Positions 55,720 to 64,000 of a stretch of DNA of 64,000 bases are shown piece after piece. The notes under the pieces are model-generated. The model made no database searches and was not told where the DNA came from. It saw only the letters and a program-made list of their open reading frames with translations. Made by a program: the position numbers and the translations under genes. Numbering within the stretch: the first letter of the stretch is position 1; each line of letters begins with the position of its first letter. The stretch is from the NCBI GenBank assembly GCA_965224705.1, contig OZ245056.1, positions 64,001 to 128,000 of the forward strand, in the 5' to 3' direction. The DNA is from Spirochaetaceae bacterium (GTDB lineage Bacteria; Spirochaetota; Spirochaetia; DSM-2461).

Positions 55720-56470
55720 CAGTACTTTGAGTACCAGATTAGCCGGAAGACGGGATACAGGTGATTGAACCGCTTCCTCGAAGAAGACTCACATGGTCTG
55801 GAGGATCGTTCCCGTCGTCCGCACAGCCGTCCTGATCAACTTGATGAATCAGCCGTGTACCGAATCGTTCGATTAAAGAAGAGCCGCCTGCGTTGGGGAA
55901 CAAAGAAAATCCATGCCCTGTCTATTCAGAAGTATCCCGATCATGTTTCATTAAGCAGTGTAAAAAAGTCCTGAAGAACAGCGGCTCTGTTGAGGAAAGG
56001 AAACGGCATAAACATTTGCACCGCAGAGAATCTCAGAACATCATCCTGTGCAGGCTCCAAACGATGTGTGGACGGTTGATTTCAAAACAGCTGTGACGCA
56101 GGGAATTCAGCACCGTCAGGCCTCATGAAAAACTGGTATGAAAACTCCGGACAGTGTGTACGGCAAATCCTCCAGAGTGTATCCCCGGAAGAGTGTGAGA
56201 TTGAGAACCCGCAAGCTCTCCCGGCATGGGTATATGAAGCTGGATCGGCAGGCGATTGATACCGGCAGCGTTCTGGCCGGGGTAACAGTTGGAATCACTG
56301 ATCTTGATGAATCGCATTTCTGGTTCATTTTGATTATATTGAGTTGGGATTGATCGGAAGAGATACGTACTGTTTCAATCCGTTCAATCAGAAGAATTTG
56401 CTCCCTCAAAAAGTGGGGGGGTGATGCCTCTTCTGAACCCTGAAAAGTGTTACCTATGTCCTGAACCCGT
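55720..56470 (+). pseudogene. IS481-family transposase remnant
   Basis: ISRKTGY…RF….GLEDRSRRPH…RWG.KKI, WTVDFK; right end AAAAGTGTTACCTATGTCCTGAAC; frameshifts and deletion. Confidence 0.8.
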
Positions 56471-56586
56471 ACCACTCTCTATCTGTTGCTATGAATACGA
56501 GTTAAAGAACTTGCAAGACTGGATTTAGTACAACTCTTACGGAGTAATTAAGTATAGATGACAACTTGACTCAAACGGGATAGATA

Positions 56587-56603
56587 ATATACCATAGGTA
56601 TAT
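56587..56603. promoter_or_regulatory. Palindrome ATATACC-ATA-GGTATAT upstream of the MTase (candidate autoregulatory operator)
   Basis: Perfect 7-bp arms ending 23 nt before the TTG start. Confidence 0.55.
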
Positions 56604-56626
56604 AAATATTCCCGTGGAGGATTCAA

Positions 56627-57769
56627 TTGGAAAAACAGTACCATTTAAGACTTGATGAAACTGTTATGAAGCAGGTTAAAATAACCGCCGCTTTACGGAA
56701 CATGACCGTGAAGGAGTATATTTCCAAAGCGATACTGGAGTCACTTAATGTTTCCAAAGTCGCAAGAATTACGCCTGAATATGGGAATTACGCTTTTTGT
56801 TTTATCGATCTTTTTGCGGGAATCGGAGGGTTGAGAATCGCTTTTGAAAGAACAGGGGGGAAATGCGTATTTTCTTCTGAATACAATAAGTTTTCCCAGG
56901 AGACCTATGCCGCTAATTTTCTGGAAATGCCTGAAGGCGATATTACTCAGATTAATGAGAGGCACATACCGGATCACGACATCCTTGTCGCTGGTTTTCC
57001 CTGCCAACCCTTTTCCATTGCCGGAGTGTCAAAGAAAAAAAGTCTGGGGAAATCCCATGGATTTCTTGATAAAACGCAGGGAACACTGTTTTTTGATATA
57101 GTAAGAATTCTACGACATAAAAGACCGTCGGCTTTCCTGTTGGAAAATGTTAAAAATCTCACCTCGCACGATAAAGGAAACACCTTTCAGATTATAAGCG
57201 AAACGCTTCACAATCTTGGTTATGAGATATTTTATCAGGTGCTTGACGGTAAGTATTACACACCCCAGCACCGGGAGCGGATTTTTATCGTTGGGTTTGA
57301 TAGAATGTTATACGGAAATAACATCCCGTTTGTTTTTCCCGATATTCCCAAAATGACTCCCAGACTGAAAGATATTCTGGAAAAGAGAGTAGACCCAAAG
57401 TATACATTGACTGATCATCTATGGGACTATCTACAAAGATACGCAGAAAAACATAAAAAGAAAGGGAACGGTTTTGGATTCGGCATGGCCGATCTAAACG
57501 GAGTAACCAGAACATTGAGTGCACGGTACTATAAAGACGGATCGGAGATACTCATTCCACAAAGAGGTAAAAACCCCCGAAGACTGACACCGAGAGAATG
57601 CGCCCGATTGCAGGGATTCCCCGACGATTATAAAATTGTAGTCTCCGATACGCAAGCGTATCGGCAGTTCGGTAATTCTGTTGTCGTGCCTCTTGCGTGT
57701 GAAGTTGCAGAGAAGTTAGTCAATATTATGGATATGGAAAATGTTCATAAAGGGATGGTTTCACTATGA
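56627..57769 (+). CDS. dcm: DNA cytosine-C5 methyltransferase, M.EcoRII/Dcm-like, with N-terminal RHH
   Basis: FAGIGG, GFPCQPFS, ENVKNL, QHRERI, GNGFGFG…RTLSARYYKDGSEILI, QAYRQFGNSVV. Confidence 0.92.
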   Translation: MEKQYHLRLDETVMKQVKITAALRNMTVKEYISKAILESLNVSKVARITPEYGNYAFCFIDLFAGIGGLRIAFERTGGKCVFSSEYNKFSQETYAANFLEMPEGDITQINERHIPDHDILVAGFPCQPFSIAGVSKKKSLGKSHGFLDKTQGTLFFDIVRILRHKRPSAFLLENVKNLTSHDKGNTFQIISETLHNLGYEIFYQVLDGKYYTPQHRERIFIVGFDRMLYGNNIPFVFPDIPKMTPRLKDILEKRVDPKYTLTDHLWDYLQRYAEKHKKKGNGFGFGMADLNGVTRTLSARYYKDGSEILIPQRGKNPRRLTPRECARLQGFPDDYKIVVSDTQAYRQFGNSVVVPLACEVAEKLVNIMDMENVHKGMVSL

Positions 57770-58935
57770 AATCAAACGTAGAAACCACTATTGAAAAATG
57801 TATTGAGAAAAGACATTTTTTTTGCAAATTCATTACGGGGAATGAAGCTGGAACGACAGGAAGCCATCAAGCAGGATTTTATATACCGAAAGAATCAAGC
57901 GATTTTTTTATGAAAAAGAAGGGACAGAAAGGTTCAAATATAGACAGTTACATCAAAGTAAACTGGTCAGATTACAAAGAGACGGAGAGCCGGGTTATCT
58001 ATTATGGAACGGGAACAAGAAATGAATATCGTTTAACCCGTTTTGGAAAAGGCTTTCCTTTCCTGAATGATGAAAATGTCGGCGATCTCTTCATTCTCAT
58101 CCCGGAAGAGGAACATCACTACTACTCCGCATTTGTCTTGAATACGGAGTATGATATAGATTATTTTCTTGATAGTTTCAACCTATCGCCAACCGATACG
58201 AACAGAGTTATCGCCCTTTTTCCTGAGGAAGGTTCACTCCAGCTCTCCGATATCATTAGTCCCTTTTTACGGAACTTAACCAACTTTCCGAATACGATGG
58301 AGATGGCACGGATAGCACAGGATATAGCGAAGAAATATCATCCTCAAAAAGGAATATGTTCTCTGAAAGATACACCGGACAATCAGCTACTGTGCTGGAT
58401 TTTCGTAGAATATGAACTCTTTAAATCTCTAGAGAATAAGCTGTACAAAAAATATACACAAGAAACTTTTGCAAGTGTCAGCCTGTTGATAAAGACGGCC
58501 AATTCCATCTTGAATAAACGTAAAAGTCGTGCCGGTCGATCTCTTGAACACCACTTACGGAATCTATTTACAGATAACGATCTCAGATTTACATGGCAAG
58601 CCGTAACCGAAGGACGGAAAAAGCCGGATTTCATATTCCCTGAGATCACCTATTATTTTGATGATGCTTATCTGAAAAATCTAGTATTTCTCGGCGTGAA
58701 ATCCACCTGTAAAGATCGTTGGCGGCAGATATTAAATGAGGCGTATAGAATCCCAACCAAACATCTTTTCACCTTACAACAGGGAATTTCTGAAAATCAA
58801 CTGCATGAAATGGAAGAGGAAAAAGTTCAGCTTGTCGTTCCCAAAGAGTACATATCGACATATCCCAAACTGTATCGTCATAAAATCATGGATTTGAATA
58901 CATTTATCGAGTTTACAAAAGAAAAAACGGCATGA
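57766..58935 (+). CDS. EcoRII-type (type IIE) restriction endonuclease
   Basis: N-terminal K.I..N..G.TG.HQ.G.YIP effector domain; RKSRAGRSLEHH, KPDFIFP, KSTCKDRWRQ, HLFTLQ.GIS; ATGA overlap with the MTase. Confidence 0.9.
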   Translation: MKSNVETTIEKCIEKRHFFCKFITGNEAGTTGSHQAGFYIPKESSDFFMKKKGQKGSNIDSYIKVNWSDYKETESRVIYYGTGTRNEYRLTRFGKGFPFLNDENVGDLFILIPEEEHHYYSAFVLNTEYDIDYFLDSFNLSPTDTNRVIALFPEEGSLQLSDIISPFLRNLTNFPNTMEMARIAQDIAKKYHPQKGICSLKDTPDNQLLCWIFVEYELFKSLENKLYKKYTQETFASVSLLIKTANSILNKRKSRAGRSLEHHLRNLFTDNDLRFTWQAVTEGRKKPDFIFPEITYYFDDAYLKNLVFLGVKSTCKDRWRQILNEAYRIPTKHLFTLQQGISENQLHEMEEEKVQLVVPKEYISTYPKLYRHKIMDLNTFIEFTKEKTA

Positions 58936-58966
58936 CCACCGTTCAGAACATGTTGACAGAAAATCA

Positions 58967-59743
58967 GGCTCTTCCGGGTATCATGTGGAACAAGGCATCA
59001 AATCCATTCCTCCCAAATGGAAGAGATGGCAGTTTTGAACCGCTCTTTATTGCGGTATCCACAAGCTGTTTTTTTGATTCTCTTAAATACGAGCATTCCT
59101 GGCTTTCACCATGCTGTTATTCGCTTTCAAACGAATCGCATTAAGAATACCCCATAAATGTTTTTTAATCATTTTATAAACTGCGATGATGGGATTCAGT
59201 CTGGAATGACTCATTCGATACAGAAGTTTTTTTCATTGTTTTTTTGCAGCTTCCATATAATCTCAGAGAAGTGAAGCGGCTTCTTTAATTTGCCAGGCTC
59301 ATGCCGTCTTAAGATTCATCTCTGTCAGTGCCATGAAATCTTTCCGCCGGGTGCTTCTATTGTCGGTTCTTGAAGAATTTCTCAGCCATTGATGTTTTGA
59401 GTGAATCAATGTGCGAATTCCTTCATTCAGTAATTGCCTATTCTCCTGCAATCGTACCCTGTCAAGTGCTTTACCCGAATGCATTGAGACATGAAACCTG
59501 TCGAAGGCAATTATTTCGGTTCTATTTTCGAAGTGCTTTTTTACCGCACTGATGAAAGGCTCCCACATATCCATGGAAATGCTTCTTAAGGTCTCCATGT
59601 CGAATATTTTTTTCAGTAAACCACTTATTCAATTTTAATGCCTTTCTGTCATCAAAAATATCCATAACACAGTCGTTCTCTTTGTCCAGAAGGACTGTGA
59701 GATATTCATGTCGCTTTTAAACGAAGTTTCATCAATTCCCAGG
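58967..59743 (-). pseudogene. ISL3-family transposase remnant with right end
   Basis: GIDETSF, MDMWEPF, FDRFHV, ACGYRNKERF; terminal GGCTCTTCCGG. Confidence 0.85.
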
Positions 59744-59990
59744 TCTCCCGTATACCCTGGATAGCCATGTATGCCCAGGGCGTAGCCGCCAACAACCCGA
59801 TACTCATCTCATGCCTGTTTAACAATTCTACAAACTCTTTGAAGTCCTGGCTCCACATCCTTATGAAACTCCAGGTATTGCTCCCGCAACAATTCGATGG
59901 CATCCAGTCTTTCCGCGCAGTAGCTGTCATCCATGGAGAAATACTCAGAAAAACATCCGCCAATAATTTTCGATTTTATCGCCGCTCCAA
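59744..59990 (-). pseudogene. Remnant small gene plus N-terminus of a nucleotidyltransferase-like gene, fused to the ISL3 debris
   Basis: QDFKEFVELLNRHE, then after a frameshift VVGGYALGIHGYPRYTGDL; upstream ERLDAIELLREQY…LQRVCRIVKQA. Confidence 0.55.
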
Positions 59991-60275
59991 TCCATGGCAG
60001 ATTCCATAGATTCTTTGGCTGATAAGTTGAAACACCAACATCATTGGAAATCTTTCTTTTTTGCTTTCCAGGACCTTGCAGGACTAATTGTTTGGGACTA
60101 CACTCTCTTCATAAAGAGGCTCCCCTTTTTGACAAGTTAATCTCATATATACTAATAACTTATCAGAAAAAAACCTTTTTTCCATTGTATTCGTAAGAAT
60201 TTCGGGATAGGAGAGTCACATAATGACTGAAGATATCAATAAAGTTATCCTGGCAGGACGACCCGGGACGCTGAA

Positions 60276-60899
60276 TTGAAGTATACAAATAGTGGCTTTG
60301 CTATTTCTAAATTCAGTCTATTCATATCAGCTTTGCTGTTCCTGGTGATTTCCAGGACAGTTTCGGCCCATCCCCATATGTGGATCCGGGGCCAGGTAAT
60401 CCCCGAACTGGGGCGGAAGGGTTTGGAGTATGTCCGGGTCATCTGGGACATCGACGAACTGACCAGCGCCGCCATCATTCTTGACTACGATACCGACCGG
60501 GACGGTGTCCTGAGTCCGGTCGAAACGGAGACCCTTCGCCGTGGAGCGTTTGAACACCTGATTGAGCAGGAATACTACATGTTCGTGGAAGTCCGGAACA
60601 TGCTTGCCACTCCCGGACGCGCCCGGGACTTCAGTGCCCATATTGAAGACGGCCGTCTTTTCTACGATTTTCGGGTTCCCCTGGAGGTTCCAATCCGATG
60701 GAAAGAAATGGCAGATGTGAGGGTGTTCCTCTTCGACCCGACTTATTTTATTGATTTCCGTCCGGATGATATGAGCGCCATGACCGCATCCTGGAAAGAC
60801 CGGGAGGTCGGTTTCTCCATATCGTCCCACCGCTCTCTGACAATAGGCTACGGCATGGTGGATGTGGTAAGCCTGAGTGCAAACGAGGCAGCCCGCTGA
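60276..60899 (+). CDS. DUF1007-family secreted protein (putative metal-binding)
   Basis: Signal peptide followed by AHPHMWI; D.D.DG.L, FDPTYFID. Confidence 0.8.
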   Translation: MKYTNSGFAISKFSLFISALLFLVISRTVSAHPHMWIRGQVIPELGRKGLEYVRVIWDIDELTSAAIILDYDTDRDGVLSPVETETLRRGAFEHLIEQEYYMFVEVRNMLATPGRARDFSAHIEDGRLFYDFRVPLEVPIRWKEMADVRVFLFDPTYFIDFRPDDMSAMTASWKDREVGFSISSHRSLTIGYGMVDVVSLSANEAAR

Positions 60900-61702
60900 T
60901 GAGCACCCAGACGACCAATCCCTTTACCGGCCAAACCACGGCTTCCACGACGACCATACCTGTGCCGGAGTTCCTGCGGGAATGGGGCTTCCGGCTCCAG
61001 GAATCCATGCTGGAGGCTGCCCGAATGGTGACCGACGACGGCGAAGCCAGAGCCTTCCTGCTGGCCATCTCCATCGCCATCCTGTTCGGTATGGTGCACA
61101 TCATCGGTCCGGGGCACGGTAAACTGTTCACCATCGGTTACTTCGGTTCCCGCCGGGCCAGGCTGCGGGAAGGACTGATCCTCAGTGCGATGGTGAACAT
61201 CCTGGATTCCCTGTCGGCCCTGCTGCTGGTGGGTGTCGCTTACGGAATCCTGTCGGTTTCCCTGAGGGCCGCCGGAGCGGAGGTGGGACGCATCACCCGG
61301 CTGATCGCCTACGCGGCGGTATCAGTACTGGCCCTTTCCCATCTGATCGGTCATATCCGGGGAGGCGGCCATCAACACGAGCCGGTATCTTCCCCGAAAA
61401 CGATGAAACCCTGGATGCTGGCCGTCTCAGTGGGACTCATCCCCTGTCCAGTCTCTTTTGCCATCCTGGCATGGGGCATCGTCAATGGTGTCCTGGGATT
61501 CGCGGCCGTCCTGGTGGTCGGAGTTTCAATAGGCGGCATGATTGCCATGACGGCCTTCAGCCTGGCGCTGATCGGCGGCAAGCAGGGGATGACAGCACTG
61601 ATGGAACGCCGGGGATTCAGCCGCGCCCTGACAGTCTTCGAGTTCGCATCACTGGGATTCCTGTTCGCCGTCGGCGTCCTGATGTTCATCAGTGCGCTCT
61701 GA
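60899..61702 (+). CDS. Nickel/cobalt transporter (RcnA/NicO-like)
   Basis: HIIGPGHGK, His-rich loop, GLIPCP. Confidence 0.82.
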   Translation: MSTQTTNPFTGQTTASTTTIPVPEFLREWGFRLQESMLEAARMVTDDGEARAFLLAISIAILFGMVHIIGPGHGKLFTIGYFGSRRARLREGLILSAMVNILDSLSALLLVGVAYGILSVSLRAAGAEVGRITRLIAYAAVSVLALSHLIGHIRGGGHQHEPVSSPKTMKPWMLAVSVGLIPCPVSFAILAWGIVNGVLGFAAVLVVGVSIGGMIAMTAFSLALIGGKQGMTALMERRGFSRALTVFEFASLGFLFAVGVLMFISAL

Positions 61703-62054
61703 GAATGCTGCTTCGCTGATCCTGTAGGCCTGTCCCTTTCGAGGTTCTCGGAGATGCCCCGGGACAGGGCTGCCACGGACTCCATTTCCGCCCTCAGGAC
61801 TCCCAGTGCCCGGCCGATTCCCGATACAAAGCCGCCGACACTTTGAGAGGCACGGATCAGCGCGTCCATTCGCCGCAGGCTGGTCTCAGAAACCTCGCCA
61901 ATGGCGGTGCTGTTTTCCCTCGATCTGGATTCCGAGGGAAAAAATCCGGCAACTCAGATTATGTTTAATGAAGACGCTTCCGGACTCATTGTATCAGTTT
62001 GACCACGATACGGATTCAGGGGTAAATATTGACCAATCTTTTTAAGCTATGTAC

Positions 62055-62167
62055 AGTGTCTCGAATTCTGTGGAATCGTATTATTCTGCCCTAAAATCCT
62101 TTCAAAAGTGGGGGAAAAACTGCGATTTAGTATCAATTTTAGGAGATTCCACAGAATTCGAGACACT
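62055..62167. mobile_element. MITE family F (113 bp) with perfect 23-bp TIRs
   Basis: AGTGTCTCGAATTCTGTGGAATC…GATTCCACAGAATTCGAGACACT. Confidence 0.8.
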
Positions 62168-62292
62168 AAGTAAGCATATTTCTCTGCGCGCCTCCGCATC
62201 CTCTGCGGTTTATCTCTCTTCCTTCTTTTGGGAATAGAAAGGGGACATCATTACTATGATCGCGTCTTTGCCGTTTTACCCTAACCCATCAT

Positions 62293-63792
62293 TCACAATT
62301 CTTTTTCTTCCCAATCTTTTGCCCTTTCAACAGCTTTTTGCCAACCGCTGTAGAGCTTGCTGCGCATGGCTTCATCGACGGAAGGGTTGAATTTCCTGTC
62401 CAATTCAAAGGCATTCTCAAGATCTTTCTGATCTTTCCAGAATCCCACTGCAAGGCCGGCCAAAAACGCTGAACCCCGCGCCGTTGTTTCAACAATTTTG
62501 GGCCGCAGCACAGGCACCCCAAGAATATCCGCCTGGAATTGCATAAGGAAGTTGTTGTTTGACGCGCCGCCATCAACTTTCAATTCCGTGGTTTCGATGC
62601 CGGAATCCTTTTCCTGGCATGCGATGACATCCCGAGTTTGATAAGCGATAGACTCAAGGGCCGCCCGAATAATGTGGTTTCGGTTTGCCCCTCTGCTCAG
62701 GCCAACGATGGCGCCTCGCGCGTACTGATCCCAATAGGGAGCACCCAGGCCGACAAAAGCCGGCACCATATAGACGCCATTGCTGTCAGGCACTTTGGAT
62801 GCATAGTAGTCAGTATCAGCGGCATCGGCAATAATCTTAAGCTCATCGCGCAGCCATTGTATGGCCGCCCCTGTAACAAAGATTGCTCCCTCAAGGGCAT
62901 AATCAACCTTGCCATTCAGCCCCCAGGCGATTGTTGTGAGCAATCCGGCTCTGGATTCAATGCGCTCAGAGCCGGTATTCATCAGAATGAAACTGCCGGT
63001 CCCATAAGTGTTCTTGGCCATCCCCTTGTTAAAACATGCCTGACCAAACAGAGCACCCTGCTGGTCACCAATAGCCGCCGCTACAGGAATCATGGCAGTG
63101 CCGAAGATGTTTTTTGCTGTGTGACCATACACCTCGCTGGACGGCTTAACTGCGGGAAGCATGGAGCGTGGAATTCCCAGCTCCTTAAGAAGATTATCAT
63201 CCCAGTTCAGTGTTTTGATGTTAAACATCAATGTCCGGGAAGCGTTGGAATAATCGGTTACGAAGGATGCGCCGCCGGTAAGATTCCAGATGAGCCAGGT
63301 ATCCACGGTTCCAAACAGCAGTTCCCCCTTGTCAGCCTTCTCCCGGGCGCCGGGAACATTGTCCAGCATCCACTTGATTTTGGTCCCGGAGAAATACGCA
63401 TCGATGACCAGGCCGGTGTTTTCACGGACATAGTCAGCAAGACCGTCCGCTTTCATCTGATCGCAGATCCCGGCGCTGCGCCTGTCCTGCCAGACAATGC
63501 CGTTCATAATCGGTTTGCCAGTACTCTTTTCCCAGACGATTGCGGTCTCTCTCTGGTTGGTTATGCCGATTGCCGTGATATCTTCCGGTTTAATTCCGGC
63601 TTTATCCAGAGCTGTCCTGGCAACACTGCTCTGGCTGCTCCAAATATCCATTGGGTTGTGCTCTACCCAGCCAGGCTTTGGGTAGATCTGCGAAAACTCC
63701 TGCTGGTCAACACTGACAATCTCGCCTTTATGATCAAAGACAATCGCCCTGTTGCTCGTCGTGCCGGCATCAAACGCCATAACATATTTCAT
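62293..63792 (-). CDS. glpK: Glycerol kinase
   Basis: [50 protein letters not shown]. Confidence 0.96.
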   Translation of the reverse strand: MKYVMAFDAGTTSNRAIVFDHKGEIVSVDQQEFSQIYPKPGWVEHNPMDIWSSQSSVARTALDKAGIKPEDITAIGITNQRETAIVWEKSTGKPIMNGIVWQDRRSAGICDQMKADGLADYVRENTGLVIDAYFSGTKIKWMLDNVPGAREKADKGELLFGTVDTWLIWNLTGGASFVTDYSNASRTLMFNIKTLNWDDNLLKELGIPRSMLPAVKPSSEVYGHTAKNIFGTAMIPVAAAIGDQQGALFGQACFNKGMAKNTYGTGSFILMNTGSERIESRAGLLTTIAWGLNGKVDYALEGAIFVTGAAIQWLRDELKIIADAADTDYYASKVPDSNGVYMVPAFVGLGAPYWDQYARGAIVGLSRGANRNHIIRAALESIAYQTRDVIACQEKDSGIETTELKVDGGASNNNFLMQFQADILGVPVLRPKIVETTARGSAFLAGLAVGFWKDQKDLENAFELDRKFNPSVDEAMRSKLYSGWQKAVERAKDWEEKEL

Positions 63793-63886
63793 TTTTACCT
63801 CCTGAATCGGTTATGAAGCAACTTGTCAAAATACAGAGAATACGGATCTCCGTAAAATTAATCCTGACTTCAATAGGTACGGTGAA

Positions 63887-64000
63887 TCATGCCTTATCAG
63901 CCGTAAAAGAAGCAATGACATTCACCCCGGTTTGCTGAAAGTCCTCAATGAGCAGATCGCCTTTATGGACGGGTGGCGTCAGGGTTAAGGCATGCAAGGC
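63887..64000 (-). CDS. DUF1667-like protein, C-terminal end (5' outside window)
   Basis: Manual translation …LTPPVHKGDLLIEDFQQTGVNVIASFTADKA*; this family usually precedes glpK. Confidence 0.65.
   Translation of the reverse strand, partial: ALHALTLTPPVHKGDLLIEDFQQTGVNVIASFTADKA

Noticed and set aside
55400..55720. Possible decayed gene on the minus strand
   Set aside because: Multiple stops and no family I could recognise
60020..60166. 10-bp inverted repeat CTGATAAGTT…AACTTATCAG, or a metal/cobalamin riboswitch before DUF1007
   Set aside because: The repeat is short in AT-rich DNA and no riboswitch consensus is recognisable
61700..61900. Possible chemoreceptor C-terminal remnant on the minus strand
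   Set aside because: Only weak coiled-coil-like similarity; no start or signalling motif
62638..63816. 392-aa ORF antisense to glpK (likewise 51998-53050 and 32232-33005)
   Set aside because: Shadow ORFs opposite well-supported genes, with no motifs

Overview
A 64-kb bacterial chromosomal window, probably from a Spirochaetia member. This is an inference from the signal peptides of the solute-binding proteins (…LFARGQQ, …LLANGGSD) and the lipoproteins. Core content: glgA (partial), tag, citrate synthase, trmB, nudC, mglBAC, a second sugar ABC operon, and an ugp-like glycerophosphate ABC operon with two phosphodiesterases and a mevalonate-kinase-like gene. It also holds a GntP permease, a sigma54 two-component/TTT/Na-Pi/PhnD cluster, amtB-glnK, a GH43 xylosidase, an SSS symporter, a DUF1007 plus Ni/Co transporter pair, and glpK. 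Accessory content: two giant modular surface lipoproteins that share an Ig-like module, an EcoRII-type R-M system whose methyltransferase carries an N-terminal RHH domain, an AAA/PD-(D/E)XK protein, one intact IS1380, debris of IS1380, IS3, IS481, ISL3 and ISAs1 elements, and a 5' fragment of a group II intron. The most striking layer is a dense, nested set of short repeats. The main one is a 163-bp MITE (family A, about 12 full or partial copies, 2-bp target duplication). Its insertion adds exactly 55 codons, it is open in two frames, it contributes stop codons or C-termini to neighbouring genes, and one copy sits one homopolymer base away from in-frame inside an enzyme gene. No rRNA, tRNA or CRISPR array was recognised.
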